From an uncultured Rikenellaceae bacterium (GTDB lineage Bacteria; Bacteroidota; Bacteroidia; Bacteroidales; VadinHA17): a stretch of DNA of 64,000 nucleotides. The notes under the pieces were generated by a model. The model was not told the origin of the DNA. It saw nothing but the letters and a program-made list of their open reading frames with translations, and did not search any database. Positions within the stretch are counted from its first letter, which is position 1, and each line of letters begins with the position of its first letter. Below are positions 44,794-53,963 of the stretch, in pieces. The DNA lies in assembly GCA_964522415.1 (NCBI GenBank), contig CAZFVQ010000010.1:7857-71856 (forward strand). The letters are read 5' to 3'. The position numbers and the translations under genes were made by a program.

Positions 44794-46755
44794 TCAGTCA
44801 AGATCATATCCGATCAGGCGGGTTAAGCCATCCAGGCTGATTTTCAGCAGGATTCCCGGGTCACCCGGATTGCTCTTTCCTGCAGGCTTTACTTTAATAT
44901 CCGGCTGAATACCCTGGTATGGAGAAACAACAGTGATGAATCTGATATTCTGATTCCTTTTTTCCTTTCTGACACTGTAACAAAATGCCGGCCGTTTTTC
45001 CTTCTCACCATAAATAAAAGAAACCTGACCGTCTTCCTCAATCATTTTCATCTTTTTCCTGAGCATAGCCTGAACCCCGACATTCCAGCCTTCCACGAAA
45101 TCTGATCTGACAAGGAACTTATCATGGTCAAAAACAGCCCTGCCCGGGGCGAGCTGAAAATGCAGGTCTATATCACCCGTTACCTCTCCAATGGCTTCAT
45201 CCACAATAATAAAAAACTTCTTCTCCACAAACATGACTGCCCGGCGGTGAATCAGATCCGGATAACTTTTATTCTCCACCACAAGCACATCGAGTTTTTC
45301 CCCCGGTTTCCACAACAACAGCTTAGGAGCATAATCCGAATCAGCCCCGTTGAGTGTCAGGGTCTGATGCACTTTCGTCTGCCGGAACCATTGTCTGCCT
45401 TCAGGATCCCCGCTGTAAATATAGCTTCCCGCATCAGGCATCAGATGCCGGCCTCCTGCATACAATTCAAAGGTACCATTGTCCGGATGACAGTGACCGC
45501 CGCCATCCAGGCCGCATTTCAACACAAGACACAGCGCATCTTTATTCCAGTCACTGCGCATGGAATAAAAACCGCTTAAGGGCATGGCCCAGGCTGTTGA
45601 ATCCGGAATGACCCCTTCCCTGCCCTCAGAAGCAACATACAGGAAATCTTTTCTTCCGAACATTTCCGCCCATTTCCGGATCTTACTGTAGTACATTCCC
45701 GGTTTACCGGCCCAGGAATCACCGAACTGCGTTGAGGAACCATCCGGAAATGTCATCTTCACCGGAACCTCACACATTTTCCCGATTATCCTGAGGTAAT
45801 TTTCGGGAAATGCATCGTCAAATCCGTTCATGACTGCAAGATTCATTGTCCTCAGAAACCAGTCAATACAACTTACGTGATAACCCATTGCAAGCTCACG
45901 CTGATAACCGTCGGGGTACACCTGCAGGGTTATTTCACTTTTCAAGCGTCCGAAGGCTTCTTCACGCCATATCCCCGATTCCCGGAATTCAGGAAAGAAA
46001 ATGGCTGTAAAAGCCAGTCCTTCGGCTTCCATAAGTGCCCAGTTGCTTTTACTTCTGTACTGTGTCATCAGATAAGCAGCATGATCATACATACTGTTAA
46101 GGAAAGCCACCAGTACTTCCGCATTGAAATGAGGTGAATCAATAAAATACTGGAAAAGACCGGTCCGGGAATAAGCCCTTATTCCCGCTTCAATGGATCT
46201 CCAGGCATAATCATGGGCACTGTCATTGGGATTCTTTTTTGTCCAGTCAATGAACTGGCTGCACCATTCCCCTGCATATTTTTCATCACCTGTTGCCCGG
46301 TAAACCCTGGCCATGGAATCCCAGAAATACATTCTGTTCAGCTGCCAGACCCATTCATTATCCGGCACGGGACTCGTAGCCCAGTCTATGTCATCACCGC
46401 AGAACACCGGAGGATAAGAAGGCTGCCCTATAAAAACGTGCTCCATTGCATTGCCTGCTATCCGGAAATCAGCTTCGGATACTGTATTATCCCGGCTTTC
46501 ACTTTCCCTGTGACGGCTGACAGGATGTCTGACCGATGAGCGTGACTTATAGTATTTAAGCAATTCTTCGGCAACAATTGCCGGATTTCCATATGATGCC
46601 CTTACTCTGCCAAGTTCCGGTCTGTCGAGATCCAGCCGAGAAAGAAGATTGTACAGATCAACCGATCTTATCCTGTTTTCAGGAATATCAGCGGAAAACA
46701 AAAGCGGGACTGACAGCTGCAGTAAAAACAATAACAAGGATATTTTCTTCTTCAT
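44794..46755 (-). CDS. Heparinase II/III-family polysaccharide lyase-like protein (secreted)
   Basis: 653 aa with a signal peptide. The N-terminal alpha/alpha toroid-like region contains NWALMEAEGLAFTAIFFPEF, and the Hepar_II_III-like segment is GGGHCHPDNGTFELYAGGRHLMPDAGSY. Confidence 0.8.
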   Translation of the reverse strand: MKKKISLLLFLLQLSVPLLFSADIPENRIRSVDLYNLLSRLDLDRPELGRVRASYGNPAIVAEELLKYYKSRSSVRHPVSRHRESESRDNTVSEADFRIAGNAMEHVFIGQPSYPPVFCGDDIDWATSPVPDNEWVWQLNRMYFWDSMARVYRATGDEKYAGEWCSQFIDWTKKNPNDSAHDYAWRSIEAGIRAYSRTGLFQYFIDSPHFNAEVLVAFLNSMYDHAAYLMTQYRSKSNWALMEAEGLAFTAIFFPEFRESGIWREEAFGRLKSEITLQVYPDGYQRELAMGYHVSCIDWFLRTMNLAVMNGFDDAFPENYLRIIGKMCEVPVKMTFPDGSSTQFGDSWAGKPGMYYSKIRKWAEMFGRKDFLYVASEGREGVIPDSTAWAMPLSGFYSMRSDWNKDALCLVLKCGLDGGGHCHPDNGTFELYAGGRHLMPDAGSYIYSGDPEGRQWFRQTKVHQTLTLNGADSDYAPKLLLWKPGEKLDVLVVENKSYPDLIHRRAVMFVEKKFFIIVDEAIGEVTGDIDLHFQLAPGRAVFDHDKFLVRSDFVEGWNVGVQAMLRKKMKMIEEDGQVSFIYGEKEKRPAFCYSVRKEKRNQNIRFITVVSPYQGIQPDIKVKPAGKSNPGDPGILLKISLDGLTRLIGYDLD

Positions 46756-46779
46756 AATACCTGTTGTATTGATCCCGGG

Positions 46780-48948
46780 TTACTGATTGGCAAAAAAACT
46801 GTCAAGCCAGAAATTATATTCCTCATTCCTCAGATGAAGGCGTTTTTGTCCTCCCCAGCCATGCCTTCCGTCAGGATAAAGCATAAAGCGGAACTCCTTC
46901 CCCTCATCCTGCAATTTGGAAATAAGCTGTATGGTATTCTGCATATGGACATTATCATCCATGTCGCCGTGTGTCATATAAAGCTTTCCCCTGTAATTTG
47001 CTGCCCAGGTAAGTGCCGAGCCCTGCCTGTAGCCTTCCGGATTATCCCCGGGGGTATCCATAAACCTTTCCGTATAAATATTGTCATAAAGTCTCCAGTC
47101 GGTCACTGAAGATCCTGCAAAGCCATGAGTCCAGTAATCCGCCCCTTTGGTAAGGGCCATACAGGTCATGTATCCGCCGTATGAACTTCCTGTAATTCCG
47201 ATTCTTGCAGGATCAACAAATGGTTTTGTTCTCAGCCATTTTACCGCATCGGCATAATCGAGTAACTCCCACTCGCCAAGGGAACGGTAAAGGTAGTCCA
47301 GACCCTTCCAGCCGAACTGTCCCGAGCCCCTGTGATCCACCGTGAATGTGATGATCCCGTTTTGTGCATACCATGACGGATCATTTCCCTGCCACCTGTT
47401 ATATACATTCCTGGAATCCGGTCCGCCATAAATTGTAAACACCACCGGATACTTTTCCGAAGGGTCAAAATTAAGCGGATAGGTTATAATAGCCGGCATG
47501 TTGAACAGGCCGTCCGAAGTCGGAATTCTGATCATTTCCGAACGGGAATTTTTTCCGGGATCAAAGGAAGGCTTCCCATGTCTGTGTATTTCCCTTATCA
47601 CCCTTCCCCTTCTGTTGTATGCGATTATTGACCCGGGATCTGAAAGACTGTTCCAGGTATCGATATAATAAGTTCCCTTTGGCGAGATACTGATATTATG
47701 ACTGCCTTCCCCCTCTGTCAGTCTGACAAGATCCTTTCCGTCAAGACCAACTCTCCAGGCATGGTTATCAGTTGACTCCGGACCTGTTGCAGTGAAATAG
47801 ACGGTTTTCTGATCCTCATCAACACGTAAAACTGAACTAATCCTGAAGTCAAAATCAGTGAGCTGTGCCTTCAGCATGCCATCCCATCCGTAAAAACACA
47901 GGTTCTCCCAGTCATTTCCAGAACTTCTGATAATGAAACCTGTACCATTTTTCATCACGTATATGTCTTCCCTGAATTCAACCCAGGTTCTCCTCGATTC
48001 ATTATAGATCTGCTGAAAGTCGCCCGTGGCAGGATCAGCAAGTATTATCCTGAGATCATTCTGGTCGCGGTTGAGTATCTGAACGGCCAGTTTCCTGCTG
48101 TCGGGTGTCCAGAATGGCCAGGCAATATACTGATCCACGGAATAGTCAGTCTTAAGCCATGTCGTTTCTGAAGTAGCTATGTCTGCAATTCCCATCCTGA
48201 CCTTTGGATTGGGATCACCGGCCTTCGGGTAAGGCACCTGCTCAAGAGTTCCGTGAATGCCATCAGGCTCATCGAGCCTGTTGAGTGTAAAAACAGGAAC
48301 ATCACTCTCGTCGGTTCTCAGATATGCTATCCTTGATCCGTCCGGAGACCACCAGAATGCTGCATAACGGCTTGCCCTGCCAAGTATTTCTTCCATATAG
48401 ACCCATGATGCATATCCGTTATAAATGCAATCTGAAGCATCATGAGTCAGTCTGATTTCTTTATAATTCACAAGATCATATACATACAGATCCCTGTTGC
48501 GGGTATATGCAATTTTACTTCCGTCATCACAATATCTCACATTCACCTCCGGGGCATTGTCACTTGTTAACCTGCGGAATTCCCTGTCGCCTTTCCTGAA
48601 ATAAAACAGATCATTGTCAATGATTCTTATCAGGCTGGAATTATCGGGACTGACAATATCATCCGGTTCAGGCTGTATCCCGGCAGGAAGGGATTTTTCA
48701 AGAAGATCCCGCTTTGTTTCGGGCAGGCTGATCACGCTGCCTTTACCATTCCGGATATCAACACTTTGAATTACTGCCTTCCTGTCAGAATCAAAAGTTC
48801 TGAAAAGGTAATGACTGTCATCAAGCCATCCGGTAACTGCAATCTGGTTCTGATTCCACCCGGGCATCTGTGCTGCAAGCTGACCGACGGAAACAATGAA
48901 GAAAATCTGAATAAGAATAAATATTCCTTTCAGGAAATTACTTTTCAT
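46780..48948 (-). CDS. Dipeptidyl-peptidase IV (S9B prolyl peptidase family)
   Basis: 722 aa with a signal peptide, an N-terminal beta-propeller region, and the catalytic serine motif GITGSSYGGYM. The C-terminal Asp/His segments are THGDMDDNVH and PDGRHGW. Confidence 0.88.
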   Translation of the reverse strand: MKSNFLKGIFILIQIFFIVSVGQLAAQMPGWNQNQIAVTGWLDDSHYLFRTFDSDRKAVIQSVDIRNGKGSVISLPETKRDLLEKSLPAGIQPEPDDIVSPDNSSLIRIIDNDLFYFRKGDREFRRLTSDNAPEVNVRYCDDGSKIAYTRNRDLYVYDLVNYKEIRLTHDASDCIYNGYASWVYMEEILGRASRYAAFWWSPDGSRIAYLRTDESDVPVFTLNRLDEPDGIHGTLEQVPYPKAGDPNPKVRMGIADIATSETTWLKTDYSVDQYIAWPFWTPDSRKLAVQILNRDQNDLRIILADPATGDFQQIYNESRRTWVEFREDIYVMKNGTGFIIRSSGNDWENLCFYGWDGMLKAQLTDFDFRISSVLRVDEDQKTVYFTATGPESTDNHAWRVGLDGKDLVRLTEGEGSHNISISPKGTYYIDTWNSLSDPGSIIAYNRRGRVIREIHRHGKPSFDPGKNSRSEMIRIPTSDGLFNMPAIITYPLNFDPSEKYPVVFTIYGGPDSRNVYNRWQGNDPSWYAQNGIITFTVDHRGSGQFGWKGLDYLYRSLGEWELLDYADAVKWLRTKPFVDPARIGITGSSYGGYMTCMALTKGADYWTHGFAGSSVTDWRLYDNIYTERFMDTPGDNPEGYRQGSALTWAANYRGKLYMTHGDMDDNVHMQNTIQLISKLQDEGKEFRFMLYPDGRHGWGGQKRLHLRNEEYNFWLDSFFANQ

Positions 48949-49255
48949 GTTTTAAAATTTATAAGTTTCAAGTAATGGTTTAATCCTTGTAAAATTAAAA
49001 ATTAAGAAGTGGCACTTTATTATTTCCCACAGCTTTCAAACATAATATTTTTGCATTAATTTCGCTGCACAAATTAACCTGACTTTGATGATCCGGAAAA
49101 TTCCCGTCTTATCAGTCCTGACCCTGCTGATTGCCCGGGGTCTCAGCAGCAACAATCCGGGAATTACGAATCCGGGTTTTGGAATTTCAAAGCCATTGCC
49201 GAAGACACAGAAGCACAGATGAAAAAACATTTATATTTAAAAACAGAATAAATTA

Positions 49256-49290
49256 TTGTTATTTTTATAACAATGTTATTTTTATAACAA
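49256..49290. promoter_or_regulatory. Two perfect tandem copies of a 17-bp palindromic site TGTTAT-TTTT-ATAACA(A); Rex-operator-like
   Basis: tgttatttttataacaa occurs at 49257-49273 and again at 49274-49290. With the preceding T, the first copy reads TTGTTAT-N4-ATAACAA. It sits 10 nt upstream of a TAnnTTTG box and about 78 nt upstream of the first hydrogenase-operon ATG. Confidence 0.45.
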
Positions 49291-49299
49291 TAAAATCAT

Positions 49300-49307
49300 T
49301 ATTTTTG
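49300..49307 (+). promoter_or_regulatory. Candidate -7 promoter box (TAttTTTG) of the hydrogenase operon
   Basis: tatttttg matches TAnnTTTG and lies 61 nt upstream of ATG 49368. Confidence 0.4.
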
Positions 49308-49367
49308 TGCGCGATAATTTCAGGTATATATATAGAAATATTATAAAAAGCAATAAACCAAGTAATT

Positions 49368-49736
49368 ATGCCAAAATTTAATTCCCCTGCCGAATTAAGT
49401 AAGCACAAGAAGGAAGTCCGTGAAAGACTTTACGGACAGAAAAAAATTCGGATCCGGGTTCACATGGGAACAAGCGGACTTGCATCCGGAGCAAAAACCA
49501 TTTATGAGTTTTTCAGGGAAGAACTTGAAAAGCGGAATATTGAAGCAGCTGTAATTAATGCAGGTGACATGGGATACAGTTTTGCTGAACCTACCGTTGA
49601 GGTCCGGCTTCCGGACAGGGAAGCAGTAGTTTTCGGAAATGTTGACAAGATCAGGGCAGATGAGATCATTGAAAAATATATCAAGAACGGAGAGTATACA
49701 GACGGAATCCTTCCTGCTAATTACCGTTCGATTTAA
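49368..49736 (+). CDS. Thioredoxin-like [2Fe-2S]-ferredoxin-fold protein lacking all cysteines (HydD-like accessory subunit?)
   Basis: 122 aa with zero Cys. It aligns by eye to the N-terminal domain of the next gene: IRIRVHMGTSGLASGA vs IQIMVCGGTGCTSDQG, and NAGDMGYSFAEPTVEV vs KTGCLGLCSMGPNIKI. Confidence 0.6.
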   Translation: MPKFNSPAELSKHKKEVRERLYGQKKIRIRVHMGTSGLASGAKTIYEFFREELEKRNIEAAVINAGDMGYSFAEPTVEVRLPDREAVVFGNVDKIRADEIIEKYIKNGEYTDGILPANYRSI

Positions 49737-49760
49737 TAAAATCACCCACAGAGGAAAACC

Positions 49761-51554
49761 ATGACAAAAGAGAGAATACAGATTATGGTATGCGGAGGAA
49801 CCGGATGCACAAGCGATCAGGGGGATGCATTACTCGATAATTTAAAACTTGAACTTGAGGCAAATGCCCTCGAAAATGATGTTACCGTTGTAAAAACCGG
49901 CTGCCTGGGTCTTTGCAGCATGGGTCCAAATATCAAAATAATGCCCGGCAATATCATTTACACCGGTGTTAAGCCTGATGATGCACGGGATATTGTAAGC
50001 GAGCACATCATGAAGGGGAGAAAAGTTGAAAGACTTTTATTCACCGATCCTGATTCAGAAAAAATGCTCAGCACGGAAAAGGAATTATCACCTTTCCGCA
50101 AGCAGTTGAGGTTGGTTCTGAGGAACTGCGGCATAATAGATCCTGAAAACATTGATGATGCAATTGCACATGACGCTTATGAAGCTCTCGGAGTGGTTCT
50201 TTCAAAAATGAAACCCCTCGATGTCATCAAAACAGTCAAGGATTCAGGACTGAGGGGCCGTGGTGGAGGAGGATTTCCCACCGGTATGAAATGGGAAATT
50301 GCTTTTAACAACAAGTCGGATGAAAAATATGTAGTCTGTAATGCCGACGAAGGTGACCCAGGGGCTTTCATGGACCGTTCCATTCTGGAAGGCGATCCGC
50401 ATGCTGTACTTGAAGCAATGGCTATTTGCGGATATGCAATTGAAGCTGACAGGGGTCTGATCTATATACGCGCAGAATATCCCCTGGCAGTAGCCCGGCT
50501 GAACACTGCCCTCAGACAGGCAAGGGAATACGGACTGCTCGGCAGGAATATTTTGGGCAGCAACTTCAGTTTCGACATCGAAATAAAATATGGTGCAGGA
50601 GCATTCGTGTGCGGTGAGGAAACCGCCCTCATCCACTCCATGGAAGGCGACCGCGGCGAACCAACCGTAAAACCGCCTTTCCCGGCTGTATCAGGCTTCA
50701 GAAACCAGCCCACGATTGTCAATAATGTAGAGACTCTTGCCTGCATATCACCGATAATTCTGAAAGGTGCGGAATGGTTCAGCAGCATTGGAACCGAAAA
50801 ATCCAAAGGAACAAAAGTCTTTGCCCTGGCAGGGAAAATAAATAATGTAGGACTTATTGAAGTCCCGATGGGAACCACCCTTCGTGAAGTGATAAATGAA
50901 ATCGGGGGTGGCATCAGAAACGGAAAGAAGTTCAAGGCTGCCCAGACAGGAGGTCCTTCCGGAGGATGTCTGACTGAAAAACATCTGGATACTCCGATAG
51001 ATTTTGACAACCTCATAGCAGCGGGATCAATGATGGGATCGGGAGGACTTATTGTTATGGACGAGGATGACTGCATGGTTTCGGTTGCAAAATTTTTCCT
51101 GGAATTTACAGTGGAGGAATCCTGTGGTAAATGTGCGCCCTGCCGCATAGGAAACAAGAGGATGCATGAACTTCTCGAACATATAACAAAGGGCAAAGGA
51201 GTGCCTGCCGATCTGGAACGACTGAAAAACATGTGTCATGTAATTAAGGACACTTCTCTGTGCGGCCTTGGTCAGAGTTCTCCGAATCCGGTTCTTTCCA
51301 CTCTTGAGAATTTCCAGGATGAATATGAAGCTCATGTCACCGTAAAGAAATGTCCGGCCGGAAAATGTAAAGATCTGATGGAATACTTTATTATTGCCGC
51401 CAATTGCGTTGGTTGCACTGCATGTGCAAGGGTCTGCCCGGTTGGTGCAATAAGCGGGGAGCGCAAAGAACCTCATGTTATCAATCCGGAAATATGCATA
51501 AAATGCGGTGCATGTATGGAAAAATGCAAGTTTGATGCAATTATTATTCAGTAA
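49761..51554 (+). CDS. hydB: NuoF-like flavoprotein subunit of NADH-dependent [FeFe]-hydrogenase (HydB-type)
   Basis: 597 aa. It has an N-terminal 4-Cys Trx-like [2Fe-2S] domain, the NADH/FMN site GRGGGGFPTGMKW, the [4Fe-4S] motif ESCGKCAPCR, and a C-terminal 2x[4Fe-4S] ferredoxin (CVGCTACARVCP, CIKCGACMEKC). Confidence 0.9.
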   Translation: MTKERIQIMVCGGTGCTSDQGDALLDNLKLELEANALENDVTVVKTGCLGLCSMGPNIKIMPGNIIYTGVKPDDARDIVSEHIMKGRKVERLLFTDPDSEKMLSTEKELSPFRKQLRLVLRNCGIIDPENIDDAIAHDAYEALGVVLSKMKPLDVIKTVKDSGLRGRGGGGFPTGMKWEIAFNNKSDEKYVVCNADEGDPGAFMDRSILEGDPHAVLEAMAICGYAIEADRGLIYIRAEYPLAVARLNTALRQAREYGLLGRNILGSNFSFDIEIKYGAGAFVCGEETALIHSMEGDRGEPTVKPPFPAVSGFRNQPTIVNNVETLACISPIILKGAEWFSSIGTEKSKGTKVFALAGKINNVGLIEVPMGTTLREVINEIGGGIRNGKKFKAAQTGGPSGGCLTEKHLDTPIDFDNLIAAGSMMGSGGLIVMDEDDCMVSVAKFFLEFTVEESCGKCAPCRIGNKRMHELLEHITKGKGVPADLERLKNMCHVIKDTSLCGLGQSSPNPVLSTLENFQDEYEAHVTVKKCPAGKCKDLMEYFIIAANCVGCTACARVCPVGAISGERKEPHVINPEICIKCGACMEKCKFDAIIIQ

Positions 51555-51571
51555 AAAAAGAATTGTCGGAA

Positions 51572-53350
51572 ATGGAAACAGTAAAGCTCACTATAGATAA
51601 TAAAACGATTGAAGTCCCGAAAGGAACAACCATAAATAAAGCAGCCAGAAATCTTGGAATTGAAATTCCGGTTCTCTGTTACATGAGGCTTGATGATCTC
51701 AATATCGAAAATAAACCTGCAGGATGCAGGATCTGCGTTGTTGAGGTTGAAGGCAGAAGAAACCTTGCCCCTTCATGTGCCACCAATTGTGAAGAAGGCA
51801 TGGTTGTCAGGACACATACCACAAGAGTTCTCAATGCACGTCGCACAGTAATGGAATTCATCCTTTCTGATCATCCGAAAGATTGCCTTGTCTGCGCAAA
51901 ATCGGGGAACTGTGAACTTCAGGCAATGGCACATCATCTGGGAATCAGGGAAATACCCGGGGAGGAAATAGCTGAAATGTCAACATACCGCAAAGACACA
52001 TCTCCTTCAATAATCAGGGATCTCGACAAATGCATAATGTGCCGCCGCTGTGAAATGATGTGTAATACTGTCCAGACAGTTGGCGCACTTTCAGCAGTAA
52101 ACAGAGGATTTATGGCAACCGTTGCACCTGCATTCGAACAGAACCTGGAACATTCCACATGTACCTACTGCGGTCAGTGTGTTGCGGTCTGCCCGACGGG
52201 AGCTCTTACCGAAGTGGATCATACAGCAGAGGTACTGCGGGCTCTCGCCGATCCGACAAAAACAGTCATCGTTCAGACAGCACCTGCCGTTCGTGCGGCA
52301 CTCGGAGAATTATTCGGGATGGAACCCGGGACTCTGGTTACCGGGAAAATGGTCACGGCGCTCAGAGCCCTCGGTTTCGATTACATATTCGATACTGACT
52401 TTGCAGCTGACCTTACAATAATGGAAGAAGGCACGGAATTCCTGGACAGACTTCAAAGGCATCTCAACGGAGACAAGAGTGCCAAACTGCCGATCATGAC
52501 GTCCTGCTGCCCCGGATGGGTAAATTTCTTTGAAGAATATTTCCCGGATCTCATGGATATACCATCAACAGCAAAATCTCCGGCCCAGATGTTTGGGGCC
52601 GTTGCAAAAACTTATTTTGCCGATAAAATCAAGATAGACAGGAAAGACCTTGTTGTTGTTTCAATAATGCCCTGTCTTGCAAAAAAATATGAATGCCAGA
52701 GAGAGGAATTCTCGGTTAACGGTAACCAGGATGTCGATTTTTCAATTTCAACCAGAGAACTTGCAGCCTTTATCAAACTGGCCAATATTGATCTGAATAA
52801 TCTTGAAGACAGTGAGTTTGATACTCCTCTTGGTGAATCAACGGGAGCAGGAGTTATTTTCGGCAATACCGGGGGAGTCATTGAAGCTGCATGCAGAACA
52901 GCCTACGAATTATATACGGGTAAAAAACTTGACAGGATAGATTTCACGGAACTAAGAGGCCTGGAAGGAGTACGTTCAGCCACAATCGACTTCGACGGAC
53001 TTCCGTTGAAAATAGGGGTGGCTCACGGACTGGGAAATGCAAGAAAGCTCCTTGATGAAATAAAATCAGGAAATTCACAGTTTCATGCCATAGAAGTTAT
53101 GGCATGCCCGGGAGGATGTATTGCAGGAGGAGGCCAGCCTCCGCATCATGGAAATTCCGACATTATAAAAGCCAGGGCTGCGGCAATATACAGGGAAGAC
53201 AAAAACAAGCCGCTGAGAAAATCACACGAAAATCCGTACATTATAAAGCTATATGATGAATTCCTCGGAAAACCGAACAGTGAGAAAGCTCACCATCTGC
53301 TTCATACAAGATATTTCGACAAGAAAAAAAGAATAGTAGTAAAACATTAA
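51572..53350 (+). CDS. hydA: [FeFe]-hydrogenase catalytic subunit (HydA, multi-cluster M3-type)
   Basis: H-cluster motifs are TSCCPGW, MPCLAKKYE and EVMACPGGCIAGGGQP. N-terminal [2Fe-2S] and [4Fe-4S] domains are present. I placed the start at ATG 51572 (METVKLTIDNK); the ORF track uses TTG 51563. Confidence 0.92.
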   Translation: METVKLTIDNKTIEVPKGTTINKAARNLGIEIPVLCYMRLDDLNIENKPAGCRICVVEVEGRRNLAPSCATNCEEGMVVRTHTTRVLNARRTVMEFILSDHPKDCLVCAKSGNCELQAMAHHLGIREIPGEEIAEMSTYRKDTSPSIIRDLDKCIMCRRCEMMCNTVQTVGALSAVNRGFMATVAPAFEQNLEHSTCTYCGQCVAVCPTGALTEVDHTAEVLRALADPTKTVIVQTAPAVRAALGELFGMEPGTLVTGKMVTALRALGFDYIFDTDFAADLTIMEEGTEFLDRLQRHLNGDKSAKLPIMTSCCPGWVNFFEEYFPDLMDIPSTAKSPAQMFGAVAKTYFADKIKIDRKDLVVVSIMPCLAKKYECQREEFSVNGNQDVDFSISTRELAAFIKLANIDLNNLEDSEFDTPLGESTGAGVIFGNTGGVIEAACRTAYELYTGKKLDRIDFTELRGLEGVRSATIDFDGLPLKIGVAHGLGNARKLLDEIKSGNSQFHAIEVMACPGGCIAGGGQPPHHGNSDIIKARAAAIYREDKNKPLRKSHENPYIIKLYDEFLGKPNSEKAHHLLHTRYFDKKKRIVVKH

Positions 53351-53384
53351 GCCAGTTATTTGATCCATCATAAATCTTATCGTC

Positions 53385-53867
53385 ATGTCAAGCATCAAAA
53401 TAGAATTAAGACAGGAAGATGTAAACAAAATAAAGGAGATATGTACTTCATTCGGAAATGATCCCCGGGAACTTATCAATGTCCTGCATAAGTGTCAGGA
53501 ACATTTCGGATACCTCCCCGCTGAAATTCAGGAAGTTATTTCTGACGAGCTTGAAGTTCCGGTAGCCAAGATCTACGGAGTAGTAACCTTCTATTCCTTT
53601 TTCACCATGACCCCCAGAGGCAAGCATCCCATTAGTATCTGCATGGGAACTGCCTGCTATGTCAGGGGAGCCGAAACAGTACTTGAAGAATTCAGGAAAG
53701 AACTTGGCCTGCAAGTGGGACAAACAACGAAAGACGGAAAATTCTCGCTTTCAAGTCTGCGATGCGTAGGAGCCTGCGGACTTGCACCGGTGGTAATGAT
53801 AGGTGACAAAACCTATGGCCGCGTAGCACCCGATGACGTACGCAACATACTGAAAGAATACGAATAA
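53385..53867 (+). CDS. hydC: NuoE-like [2Fe-2S] subunit of the hydrogenase (HydC-type)
   Basis: 160 aa with the Cys motifs ICMGTACYVRGA and LRCVGACGLAP. Confidence 0.9.
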   Translation: MSSIKIELRQEDVNKIKEICTSFGNDPRELINVLHKCQEHFGYLPAEIQEVISDELEVPVAKIYGVVTFYSFFTMTPRGKHPISICMGTACYVRGAETVLEEFRKELGLQVGQTTKDGKFSLSSLRCVGACGLAPVVMIGDKTYGRVAPDDVRNILKEYE

Positions 53868-53906
53868 TCCGGGATTCGTATTTGCGGCCTGATTGTTGCA
53901 GTATCA

Positions 53907-53950
53907 ATCATGACAATATCCCTGTGATATCTTGTCATGATTTATTTTTT
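53907..53950 (+). terminator. Rho-independent terminator of the hydrogenase operon
   Basis: A 10-bp stem atcatgacaa / ttgtcatgat around a 15-nt loop is followed by TTATTTTTT. Confidence 0.75.
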
Positions 53951-53963
53951 ACCACGGATACTG

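Noticed and set aside
49036-49346. Small ORFs 49036-49230 (minus strand) and 49131-49346 (plus strand) in the spacer upstream of the hydrogenase operon
   Set aside because: They overlap each other and the putative promoter/operator. Their composition is odd (Ile/Phe/Tyr-rich from AT-rich DNA) and they have no motifs.
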